Assembly (NCBI RefSeq): GCF_000007185.1
Contig: NC_003551.1
Coordinates: 390,001 to 422,000, forward strand
Direction of reading: 5' to 3'
Length of the DNA: 32,000 bases
From: Methanopyrus kandleri AV19
GTDB lineage: Archaea; JAADCQ01; Methanopyri; Methanopyrales; Methanopyraceae
The notes under the pieces were generated by a model. It was not told the DNA's origin. It saw only the letters and a program-made list of their open reading frames with translations, and did not search any database. Both the position numbers and the translations under genes were made by a program. This document shows, piece by piece, positions 1 through 8,081 of this stretch. Every line of letters begins with the position of its first letter. The first letter of the stretch is position 1.

Positions 1-1
1 T

Positions 2-271
2 GAAACTCGAACGTACGAGAAATACCTAGAGGACCCGGATGCCGCCGGTATCCTGCTCGCGTTCGTGACGAACGATACGGAATTACAGATAGCGGTCACC
101 CTGAAGGAGGTATCGGAACCCGACGACGCGAGGGCGGTATGTACCGAGGAGTTCGAGGATCGGCTCGAGGACTGCGGGTTCCTTACCGCACCGGTAACTG
201 GTCGGCGGTGGAAGCACGACCCGAAGAGATGGGTTAAGGCGGTCGAGGACGTGCTGGGGGCGAGTCGATGA
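2..271 (+). CDS. Hypothetical protein, 5' end outside the window
   Basis: Frame 2 is open from base 2 (ETRTYEKYLEDPDAAGILLAFVTNDTELQ...) to the TGA at 269-271, so the listed GTG at 65 is probably internal. ATGA overlap with the next ORF. Confidence 0.5.
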   Translation, partial: ETRTYEKYLEDPDAAGILLAFVTNDTELQIAVTLKEVSEPDDARAVCTEEFEDRLEDCGFLTAPVTGRRWKHDPKRWVKAVEDVLGASR

Positions 272-561
272 CGTTCTGCCTCGAGGAGCGGGAGTACGAG
301 ATACTAATGGCGAGAAGGCCGTTCGACGACTGTGCGAGATACATCGAATCGAAGTTTGGAAACATCGTCAAGTTACAGCCTGGTGAGGAGATTCTGCCGG
401 GACTTCGAGCGATAGGATACGGGAAAATCCCGGTGGCGTACGGGGATGAATGGATTGTACTACCGATAACGAAACCGTGCCACGGGAGCTTCGTCGTGAA
501 GATAGAAGTTAGTGCAGAAGAACTCGAGTGGTTCCTGAAGAAGCATGTAAGCGGGCGTTAG
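268..561 (+). CDS. Hypothetical protein, 97 aa
   Basis: ATG start overlapping the upstream stop (ATGA); convergent with rplB, overlapping its stop by 4 nt. No family recognised. Confidence 0.55.
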   Translation: MTFCLEEREYEILMARRPFDDCARYIESKFGNIVKLQPGEEILPGLRAIGYGKIPVAYGDEWIVLPITKPCHGSFVVKIEVSAEELEWFLKKHVSGR

Positions 562-1289
562 CGGCGTCCACCACGACCTGTCTTCCGGGCCGCGATGTGA
601 CCGACCTTCCTACCCGGCGGGTCACCTCTGGCGATCGTCGTGGGCTTACCCGGGCTCTGGTGGTTACCTCCACCGAACGGGTGGTCGACGGCGTTCATCG
701 CGACGCCACGTACCTTCGGCCACTTACCACCCTTGCTGCGCATGTGGTAGTACTTCTTACCCGCCTTCACGAACGGCTTCTCGCGCTTACCACCACCGGA
801 CATGACGCCGATCGTGGCCCGACACCGTGGGTCGAACGTACGTACCTTACCAGAGGGGAGCTGCACGTAGGTACGTCCGACATCGTGGGCGATGATGGTG
901 GCGTAGCATCCGGGCGCCCGCGCGAACTTACCGCCGTCACCCGGCTGTCCCTCGATGTTGAATATTGGGACTCCTTCCGGGATCTCCGCGAGTGGAAGCG
1001 TGTTGCCGGGCTTGATCTCCGCGGACACACCGCACTCTATGATGTCGCCCACCTTGGTTCCCTCGGGCACTAGTATGAGTCGCTCCTCTCCGTCCTCGAA
1101 CCTCACTCTAGCCACAGGAGCGTTGCGTGCCGGATCGTGGAGCAGCTCGACTACCTTACCGACGACCTTGCCCTTCTTTTCCTGTTCATCGTAAGGCCTG
1201 TGCTCTATACGACCACGGTAACGGTGAGATGGAGCGCGGTACGTAGGCCCGCCACGTCCCAACCGCTGCGGGCGGATACGCTTGCCCAT
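558..1289 (-). CDS. rplB: 50S ribosomal protein L2
   Basis: MGKRIRPQRLGRGGPTYRAPSHRYRG..., GVAMNAVDHPFGGGNHQSPGKPTT motif of archaeal L2. Confidence 0.98.
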   Translation of the reverse strand: MGKRIRPQRLGRGGPTYRAPSHRYRGRIEHRPYDEQEKKGKVVGKVVELLHDPARNAPVARVRFEDGEERLILVPEGTKVGDIIECGVSAEIKPGNTLPLAEIPEGVPIFNIEGQPGDGGKFARAPGCYATIIAHDVGRTYVQLPSGKVRTFDPRCRATIGVMSGGGKREKPFVKAGKKYYHMRSKGGKWPKVRGVAMNAVDHPFGGGNHQSPGKPTTIARGDPPGRKVGHIAARKTGRGGRR

Positions 1290-1301
1290 CTCGGGAACCC
1301 C

Positions 1302-1589
1302 CTACAGGATCCCTAGATCGACCGCGACGTCCTCGGCGCGGTACTCCGGCTTTAACTTGACGTAAGCTTTCTTCTCCCCGGTCGGGGTTATTAGGGTATT
1401 TACCTTTTCCACCTCGACGTCGAACAGCTCCTCGACGGCCTTTTTAATGAGCGGTTTGTTAGCGTCCCGCCGCACGATGAACGTGAGCTTGTTCTCCGCC
1501 TCCATCAACCGCATCGCCTTCTCAGTGGCCACTGGGTACAGTAGGACGTCGTGTGGGTCTTCGATCTTAGGACCGTATCTCTTGGCCAC
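1302..1589 (-). CDS. rplW: 50S ribosomal protein L23
   Basis: L23 motifs [48 protein letters not shown]; position between L4 and L2. Confidence 0.97.
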   Translation of the reverse strand: MAKRYGPKIEDPHDVLLYPVATEKAMRLMEAENKLTFIVRRDANKPLIKKAVEELFDVEVEKVNTLITPTGEKKAYVKLKPEYRAEDVAVDLGIL

Positions 1590-1592
1590 GGT

Positions 1593-2375
1593 TTACTCCC
1601 CCAGACGCTCTTCCAGTACCTCCAGGGCTCCGGGTGTGAACACAGTCAGTCGCCCGGGATGCGCACCGGGAGCCAGGTGTTCGACGCCCAGGTGCATCGC
1701 CTCGACCACGTCGACACCTGGATGGTTTCTAGCACCTAACTTGATACCCTCGTCCTCGTCCACCACGATGAGCACGCTCTTCGGCTTTACGTACCGTCGA
1801 CCGCGCCGCTTACCCTTACCTGCCCGGATGCGTCGATTGCTCTTGGCCCGCTCTACGTCGGCCCACAACCCGACGCTCTTGAAGAATTCCCGGACCTCCC
1901 GAGCCTTGTTCAGGCTTTTCAGCTCGTCCACGACCACCACCGGGAGGTGTGGAACATCGTCGATCACATGGCCGCGCTCCTTCACGAACTCGGGCTTGGC
2001 TGTCGCCGCCAGAGCGGATCTGAGCGCTGCACGTCGCTCCTTCCTGTTAACCCGCTGGGTCCAGTCCTTCTCGGGTGTCGGTGCGTGGGCCTTCTGTCCT
2101 CCGACCGCTTGGGCGACCCTGGCAGCCCTACCGGCCGCCGGGTGCCTCCGTCCCTTGACCCTCGGGACCATCGCCACGCCGTGACCGGCACCCCAGGACT
2201 CGGCGCTCGTCCTGAAACCTGCGCGCGGGTCGGTACCGTAGGGTTGGCGGCGGTTAGCCTGAGCTGCCAGCACCGCGCGCCGGATGAGGTCCTTACGGAC
2301 CGGCTCCTCGAAGAAAGACGGTAGCTCGACCGTGTCGACCTCTTCACCCTCGAGGTTGAAAACGGGAGCCTCCAC
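1593..2375 (-). CDS. rplD: 50S ribosomal protein L4 (L4e/L1e type)
   Basis: KDLIRRAVLAAQANRRQPYGTDPRAG, GHGVAMVPRVKG, GRRAARVAQAVGGQKAHAP; operon context. Confidence 0.97.
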   Translation of the reverse strand: MEAPVFNLEGEEVDTVELPSFFEEPVRKDLIRRAVLAAQANRRQPYGTDPRAGFRTSAESWGAGHGVAMVPRVKGRRHPAAGRAARVAQAVGGQKAHAPTPEKDWTQRVNRKERRAALRSALAATAKPEFVKERGHVIDDVPHLPVVVVDELKSLNKAREVREFFKSVGLWADVERAKSNRRIRAGKGKRRGRRYVKPKSVLIVVDEDEGIKLGARNHPGVDVVEAMHLGVEHLAPGAHPGRLTVFTPGALEVLEERLGE

Positions 2376-2389
2376 TATCTACTACCCCC

Positions 2390-3475
2390 TTAGGCACTCG
2401 CGGGACCTCCGAGCTGCTCCACGATCTCATCCTCGGAGGCCTTCGGCCGGACACCCTGCTGCGACGTCCGACTGATGTACAGGATCTCAGGCGCTCCCTC
2501 GGGCGCGTTCTTCGGTGGTCGTACGGCGGGTCTTACCCGGATCAACCGCTTCTTCGGTCCGGGAACCGTGCCGTGGATCATGATGTAATCACCGCGGACG
2601 ACTCCATAGTTAACGAAACCTCCGCGTGGAGTGACTTCCTCACCGTCCTCTCCGATCTTGAGGATGCGCTTATTGTGCTCGGTGCGCTGGTGGTAACCCA
2701 CCTGACCCGCCATCGGGACAGTCCACCTTACCCTAGAGGGTGTGATCGGACCTATCGATCCGATGTGTCGTCCCTTCTGCTTCCGCTGGGTCTTACGGTC
2801 CTGGATCGTGACACCCCAGCGCTTCACCACGCCCTGGAAGCCCTTACCCTTCGTGATCGCAGAGACGTCCACGATCTCGCCCTCGTCGAAGACGTCCTTG
2901 GCCCTGATCTCCTCGCTGAGGATCTCTACGGCGTACTCGAAGCGCTCCCGTACGTCCTTGCCGCCGATCCTGTACTCCATAACGTCGGGCTTCTTCTTCG
3001 GGACTCCAGCCTTCTTCGGCTGTGTGGCCACGATGACCCTGATCTCCTCCACAATACCCTCGTCGACGAGCTCCTCGATCTTGTCCAGGTCTCCAGCCTC
3101 GCCGTCCTTGGGTACCGTGAACACCCGGTCCATCTCCAGCTCCTCGGGAATCTCGGCCCATGCCTCGGTCACGCACCTGTAACCGTCCGGCGTGGGCGCG
3201 TAAGCACGGATAGCGGCGACGTACATCGGAGGAGCGTCGAGGATCGTTACGGGCACCGAGATTTCCTCACCTTCGGTCGGACTGTTGGGCCAGTCGTCGA
3301 TCATGATGGCATGGGTCATTCCGGCTTTGTAACCCGCGAATCCTTGCACGCGCACTCTCTCCTCGTCCGGCCAACTTCGGATCCTAGGAACGGGCCGTGA
3401 GGCACGCTTCCTCGGGCTGAAGGCCAGAGAACCGCGTCTTGGCCTACCTGGATTCCTGCGTCCACCGCGTCCCAT
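2390..3475 (-). CDS. rplC: 50S ribosomal protein L3
   Basis: Typical L3 start MGRGGRRNPGRPRRGSLAFSPRKRA; the listed ORF (to 3577) is overextended. Purine-rich SD-like sequence precedes the ATG at 3475. Confidence 0.96.
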   Translation of the reverse strand: MGRGGRRNPGRPRRGSLAFSPRKRASRPVPRIRSWPDEERVRVQGFAGYKAGMTHAIMIDDWPNSPTEGEEISVPVTILDAPPMYVAAIRAYAPTPDGYRCVTEAWAEIPEELEMDRVFTVPKDGEAGDLDKIEELVDEGIVEEIRVIVATQPKKAGVPKKKPDVMEYRIGGKDVRERFEYAVEILSEEIRAKDVFDEGEIVDVSAITKGKGFQGVVKRWGVTIQDRKTQRKQKGRHIGSIGPITPSRVRWTVPMAGQVGYHQRTEHNKRILKIGEDGEEVTPRGGFVNYGVVRGDYIMIHGTVPGPKKRLIRVRPAVRPPKNAPEGAPEILYISRTSQQGVRPKASEDEIVEQLGGPASA

Positions 3476-3524
3476 CGGCCGTTTCCCCCAATCCTCCGCC
3501 GTTTTCTCGGCTCCGGCGGGACGG

Positions 3525-3550
3525 GTCCGACCGTATAAAGTTTGAGCGCG
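3525..3550. promoter_or_regulatory. Candidate archaeal TATA element in the rplC/GINS divergent intergenic region
   Basis: TATAAAGTTT (3534-3543) in the intergenic gap; reverse complement AAACTTTATA resembles an archaeal TATA box for rplC. Could serve either direction. Confidence 0.35.
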
Positions 3551-3618
3551 CGGCGAGGTTTTTGAGTTCGGACGCAAGTTGATCTGGGGAGAAAAGGATC
3601 GGTCGGGGCTCGGAGGCA

Positions 3619-4368
3619 GTGGACGTCAGATCCGCCGAGCGCTTGCTGGAAGACCTGAAGGAGTTCGCTGAACGCGTGAACAAGGCTTTCTCCAGGATCA
3701 ACCCGCAGATCATGGAGCGTCGGACTCCCAGAGGATGGCTACGTGAGATGGTACGGGAATACTTCGAGAACCTAGGAGCCGAAGTGCTCCGTGAGGCGTG
3801 CGAGATTGCCAAGGAGGATATCAGAAGTTACCGAGAACTGGATGAACTACTCCAAGAGATCGAGCGCTCCACCGATCGAGAGGAGGACGTTTTGTACGTA
3901 CGTCGGGCCCTCCTCAGGTACATGTTCTGCAGGACGTACACGCTCCAGCGATTGTTAGTCCGACTGTACTGGAGCCTGAGCGCCGGAACGGCGGACGTCG
4001 CCGAGCTCGTGGGAATGCTTCGTAGAATGGACCTGTTCGCGGAGGAAGCCCAACTCATCTACCCCGTGACGCCGGATGTAGAGGACCTACGTGAAGCGGT
4101 GAAGGACGCGATCCAGGTTATCGGGGAGGAGGTCGGAGCCGGAACCGAAGAAGAAGACGACCGTTTAGAACCGGAACCCAAGCTCGAGGTGTGCGTTGTT
4201 CGCGGGAAGCTACCCGCTTTTGTGGATCCGGATACGGGCGCGGAGGTGCCGCCCTCAAAGGAGGGAGATTTATTAATGGTCGGGGAGACGGCCGCGCGGA
4301 TCCTCTCGGAACGGGGGCGTCGATGGGGCGGTCCCTTCGCGGAACACGTCCGGAGGTGGAGGGGGTGA
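3619..4368 (+). CDS. Probable GINS complex subunit (Gins15/Gins51 type)
   Basis: Helical A-like domain followed by a small B-like domain ([45 protein letters not shown]); located before L44e/S27e/eIF2-alpha, a recurrent archaeal neighbourhood. Confidence 0.65.
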   Translation: MDVRSAERLLEDLKEFAERVNKAFSRINPQIMERRTPRGWLREMVREYFENLGAEVLREACEIAKEDIRSYRELDELLQEIERSTDREEDVLYVRRALLRYMFCRTYTLQRLLVRLYWSLSAGTADVAELVGMLRRMDLFAEEAQLIYPVTPDVEDLREAVKDAIQVIGEEVGAGTEEEDDRLEPEPKLEVCVVRGKLPAFVDPDTGAEVPPSKEGDLLMVGETAARILSERGRRWGGPFAEHVRRWRG

Positions 4369-4372
4369 GTCG

Positions 4373-4654
4373 TTGGCTAAGATCCCGAAGAAAATCCGGA
4401 CGTACTGCCCGTACTGCCGGAAACACACCATCCACGAGGTAGAGCGCGCCAAGAAGAACCCCGCGAGAAAGATGTCGTGGGGACAGCGTCAGTTCGAGCG
4501 CGTCCTGAAAGGATACGGTGGATTCCCACGTCCCAAGCCGTCGGGCGAGAAACCCACGAAGAAAGTGGACCTGCGCTACCGGTGCACCGAGTGTGGTAAA
4601 GCTCACACCCGGAAGGGTTGGCGAGCCGGCACCCTCGAGATCACCGAGGAGTAG
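4373..4654 (+). CDS. rpl44e: 50S ribosomal protein L44e
   Basis: [17 protein letters not shown]...[23 protein letters not shown]...[21 protein letters not shown]. Confidence 0.97.
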   Translation: MAKIPKKIRTYCPYCRKHTIHEVERAKKNPARKMSWGQRQFERVLKGYGGFPRPKPSGEKPTKKVDLRYRCTECGKAHTRKGWRAGTLEITEE

Positions 4655-4668
4655 GGGGTGAGATCGCT

Positions 4669-4890
4669 TTGGATGAGAAGCGATTCCTGAAGAGGTTCAC
4701 CGAGTCCGATCTCGTACCGCAGCCTCGTAGCAGGTTCCTCCGCGTGGAGTGCGTGGATTGTGGTAACGAGCAGATCATATTCGGAAACGCGAGCACCGAG
4801 GTAAAGTGCCACATCTGCGGCCGCACCCTAGCCAAGCCGACCGGCGGTAAGGCCAAGATCCTCACTAAGATCAAGGAGGTGCTCGAGTAA
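4669..4890 (+). CDS. rps27e: 30S ribosomal protein S27e
   Basis: Zinc-ribbon [37 protein letters not shown]; TTG at 4669 gives a normal-length S27e. Confidence 0.95.
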   Translation: MDEKRFLKRFTESDLVPQPRSRFLRVECVDCGNEQIIFGNASTEVKCHICGRTLAKPTGGKAKILTKIKEVLE

Positions 4891-5693
4891 TGCCCCGGAA
4901 GTTACGCGATCTTCCCGAAGAAGGCGAGATAGTGATGGCCACGGTAGAGCGTGTCGAGGACCACGGAGCCTTCGTCACGCTGGACGAGTACCCGGGAGTG
5001 GACGGGTACATCCATATCTCGGAGGTAGCGAGCGGTTGGGTCAAGAACATCAGGGACTACGTCAAGGAGGGTCAGAAGGTAGTCGCCAAGGTTATCCGCG
5101 TGAACCCGAAGCGCAAGTACGCCAACCTATCCCTCAGGAAGGTCACCGACCACCAGCGCAAGGAGAAACTGAAGGAGTGGAAGCGTGAGCAGAGGGCCGA
5201 AAAGCTCCTAGAAATGGCCGCAGAAGAGCTCGGCAAGGATCTGGACGAGGCTTACGAGGAGGCTGGGTACAAACTGATCGAAGAATACGGATCCCTTTAC
5301 GATGCACTGGAAAGGGCGGCCGCCGAGGAAGGGCCGGAACCACTCCTCAAGGCCGGAGTACCGGAAGAATGGGCCGAAAAGCTCGCGGAGCTGGCGATTG
5401 AGAACATCGAGCCGGGTCGCGTGAAGATCGAGGCGTACGTCGATCTCACATGCCCGGCTCCGAACGGTGTGGAGATAATCCGTGAGGCACTCGAGAAGAT
5501 CGAAGAGTTCCAGCAAGGCGACGTGAAAATGGAAGTACAGTACGTAGGAGCTCCCCGGTACCGGATCACCGTGGACGCTCCGGACTACCGAACGGCAGAG
5601 AAAATGGTCAGGAAGGCAGCTCAGGCCGCGATCGACCACGTGGAAGAGCACGGAGGCGAGGGCGAGTTCCACCGGGAGATCGAGGAGGGGTAA
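4890..5693 (+). CDS. eif2a: Translation initiation factor aIF2 subunit alpha
   Basis: N-terminal S1 domain (GEIVMATVERVEDHGAFVTLDEYPGVDGYIHISEVASGWVKNIRDYVKEGQKVVAKVIRVNPKRKYANLSLRKV) and aIF2-alpha C-terminal domain. Confidence 0.98.
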   Translation: MPRKLRDLPEEGEIVMATVERVEDHGAFVTLDEYPGVDGYIHISEVASGWVKNIRDYVKEGQKVVAKVIRVNPKRKYANLSLRKVTDHQRKEKLKEWKREQRAEKLLEMAAEELGKDLDEAYEEAGYKLIEEYGSLYDALERAAAEEGPEPLLKAGVPEEWAEKLAELAIENIEPGRVKIEAYVDLTCPAPNGVEIIREALEKIEEFQQGDVKMEVQYVGAPRYRITVDAPDYRTAEKMVRKAAQAAIDHVEEHGGEGEFHREIEEG

Positions 5694-5696
5694 AGC

Positions 5697-5897
5697 GTGC
5701 CTAAACGACTACGCAGGTGTAAGGAGTGCGGGGAATACACGCTTCAAAGGGACAAATGTCCGCATTGCGGTGGAGATCTGGAGGTGCCGCACCCGCACCG
5801 ATTCTCCCCGGAAGACCCGTACGGTAAATATCGAAGGAAGCTGAAGAAAAGGGTGTGGGCCGAGAAATTCGGCCCGCCTTCCGGCGAGGGGGATTAA
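5697..5897 (+). CDS. nop10: H/ACA RNP component Nop10
   Basis: Small zinc-ribbon protein CKECGEYTLQRDKCPHCGGDLEVPHPHRFSPEDPYGKYRRKLKK. Confidence 0.95.
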   Translation: MPKRLRRCKECGEYTLQRDKCPHCGGDLEVPHPHRFSPEDPYGKYRRKLKKRVWAEKFGPPSGEGD

Positions 5898-5900
5898 AAG

Positions 5901-6710
5901 TTGGACCTGCTGAAGCTGGCCCGCGGAAACACCGTGATCAAGTTCGATTTCGAGCCAGAAGTGGAGGAGCCGGTCCTCGTGGAGGGGCTTCCCGGCATCG
6001 GGCACGTAGGCAAGCTAGCCGCCGAGGCGATGATCGAGGACTTAGGCGCCGAAAAGTTCGCGGAGCTGTACTCACCGTACTTCCCACCACACGTATCCGT
6101 GAATGAGGATGGCATCGTGGAAGTAATGAGGAACGAGTTCTACGTGTACGAATCCGAAGGTGATGAACCGGACATCATCTTCCTCATCGGCGAGGCGCAG
6201 GCGCAGGGTGAGCTCGGACAGCATGAGGTCACCATCCGCATACTGCAAACCGTTAAGGAGTTCGGAACGGAAATGATCTTCACACTCGGAGGCCTCGGAA
6301 CCGGGACCGTCCCGACGGAACCCAAGGTCGTTGGGGCGGCTACGCACAAGGAGCTTATCGACCTGCTGAAGGAGCACGGTATTGAAGTCCGCAGCGGCGA
6401 CAAAGGCGGCAACATCGTAGGAGCTTCCGGTCTGCTGCTCGGCTTCGGGAAGATGATGGGCATGAAAGGAGTCTGCCTGATGGGTGTAACTCCGGGGCAC
6501 GTTATCGACCCACGGGCCGCGATGGCCGTCGTCGAGAAACTGTCCACGATTCTGGGGGTTGAAGTCGAGGCCGATTCGTTGAAGAAGCGGGCCGAGCGAT
6601 TCGAGCGCGAATTCGTGGCACAGCTGGAGGAGATGCCTTCGGCGCTCGAAGAGGCGCAGCAGGAGGCGGAGGAGGGTAAGCCGGAAGAAGACCTCAGGTA
6701 CATCGGGTGA
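5901..6710 (+). CDS. PAC2-family proteasome assembly chaperone-like protein
   Basis: VLVEGLPGIGHVGKLAAEAMIEDLGAEKFAELYSPYFPP, GEAQAQGELGQHEVTIRI, conserved synteny after Nop10. Confidence 0.88.
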   Translation: MDLLKLARGNTVIKFDFEPEVEEPVLVEGLPGIGHVGKLAAEAMIEDLGAEKFAELYSPYFPPHVSVNEDGIVEVMRNEFYVYESEGDEPDIIFLIGEAQAQGELGQHEVTIRILQTVKEFGTEMIFTLGGLGTGTVPTEPKVVGAATHKELIDLLKEHGIEVRSGDKGGNIVGASGLLLGFGKMMGMKGVCLMGVTPGHVIDPRAAMAVVEKLSTILGVEVEADSLKKRAERFEREFVAQLEEMPSALEEAQQEAEEGKPEEDLRYIG

Positions 6711-6716
6711 GCCTCG

Positions 6717-7583
6717 TTGGGATCACATTGGCGACACGCCGTCCGCGCTATTTCCTCGGCACTCTCCCCCTTCATCCCCCCCTCACTGTCCCCTTGGATC
6801 GCCTTGGTTTCCGTATGTGTGGAAGAGTACGGTCCGCCTCTCACAGCCGTAGCCTCAGGAATCACGGCAGCAGCTATCACCGGACACCCCATATTCGCAA
6901 TGGTTTCTGCCCTAATAGGCGAATTTACCGTGGGAGCCGCGCTTCGCAGGAAGCTCCCACGAAATCCCGTTTCAACCCTGCTGTACTCCGCCGTGGGAGG
7001 AGCCGCAGTAGCTCCATTGGTACTCCGAGCTACGTTAACTCCCCTTCACGCCTTGATCTTCGGACTCACACTCTTTACGGCTTTCATCCGGCCCCCACTC
7101 GCCCCCATAATCTACGAGAAGCGGGAACGGTACGACCCGTGGAATTCGATCGTCCTGGCCGCGCTGATGATATACGGTCTTGCACCGCTCGTAGGTCTCG
7201 AGAACTCTTGCTTGGCCTTCCTCGTCGCTAAGGGCGTAGATGGAGCCGGCGGTCTCGCACAGTTCATCCCGGGATCGATCAATCCCGTAGTGTCGCTCAA
7301 GGGGTTTCGGATCCGTGAGGTTGAGGAGGGAATCAGCCCGATCGGAACGTTCTTCGAGTTCTTAGCGGCGTTGGGGTTAGGATGGCTGATCACCGGAAGC
7401 ACTCAAGGTGCCTTAGTGATGGGTATCGCCGTAACCGCGGCGGACATCCTCTCGAACGTTACCGGAGTCGAAGACCACCACAAAGGAGACGACCTGCTCA
7501 TGATGCTATCGGCGGCGTGGGTGATCCAAACCTTCGGAGTCTCGGGCTTAATGCGGCTCCTAGGGCTGATGCCGGGGTGGTGA
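6717..7583 (+). CDS. Polytopic membrane protein of unknown function
   Basis: 288 aa with several hydrophobic segments, TTG start; 7 nt after the PAC2-family stop and 3 nt before the archaeosortase-like ORF. Confidence 0.7.
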   Translation: MGSHWRHAVRAISSALSPFIPPSLSPWIALVSVCVEEYGPPLTAVASGITAAAITGHPIFAMVSALIGEFTVGAALRRKLPRNPVSTLLYSAVGGAAVAPLVLRATLTPLHALIFGLTLFTAFIRPPLAPIIYEKRERYDPWNSIVLAALMIYGLAPLVGLENSCLAFLVAKGVDGAGGLAQFIPGSINPVVSLKGFRIREVEEGISPIGTFFEFLAALGLGWLITGSTQGALVMGIAVTAADILSNVTGVEDHHKGDDLLMMLSAAWVIQTFGVSGLMRLLGLMPGW

Positions 7584-7586
7584 GGG

Positions 7587-8081
7587 GTGGACCTAAGGTA
7601 CCTAACCAGCGCCATCTCGGTATCGCTGTTCGTTTACTCGGGCATAGACACAGAGCCGCTCCAGTACGTGACGGCCCAGTGGGTGGAAAGTGTGCTCCAC
7701 TTAATGGGGCTCACCGTTCCCAAGGCCGGCTACACGTTCCAAGTCGGAACCGTAAGTGCGATGATCGTGAAGGGATGCGTCGTCTGGCCCGCTATCTCGC
7801 TGTTCGTAGGATTGATCGTCGCCACTCCCGGCCCATCCGTACTCCGGAAAATCGCCGCCCTCGCCGCGTCCGTAGCACTGCTCACGGCCGGCAACGTGCT
7901 AAGGCTGGCGAGCATGTTCTACATGATGGAGGTGTGGGGAGTAGGGTTCCGACTAGCCCACGATGTGATCGGTCAGTTGGTGGGACTCGCCATCGTCATA
8001 CTAGCGGCGTGGGTGGCGTTCTATATCGTGCCGGAAACCGAAGATAAGCTCCGTGAAATAATCCCTTGGCCGGGTGAGTGA
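7587..8081 (+). CDS. Archaeosortase/exosortase-family integral membrane protein (candidate)
   Basis: Small multi-TM protein with conserved landmarks in order: Cys in VSAMIVKGCVVWPAISLFVG, Arg in AGNVLRLASMFY, His in FRLAHDVIGQLVG. Confidence 0.68.
   Translation: MDLRYLTSAISVSLFVYSGIDTEPLQYVTAQWVESVLHLMGLTVPKAGYTFQVGTVSAMIVKGCVVWPAISLFVGLIVATPGPSVLRKIAALAASVALLTAGNVLRLASMFYMMEVWGVGFRLAHDVIGQLVGLAIVILAAWVAFYIVPETEDKLREIIPWPGE

Noticed and set aside
528-1073. 181-aa plus-strand ORF opposite rplB
   Set aside because: Antisense to ribosomal L2; Thr/Arg-rich spurious product.
7382-8047. 221-aa plus-strand ORF overlapping the membrane protein and archaeosortase-like genes
   Set aside because: Arg/His/Pro-rich out-of-frame translation; the alternative frames give proper transmembrane proteins.
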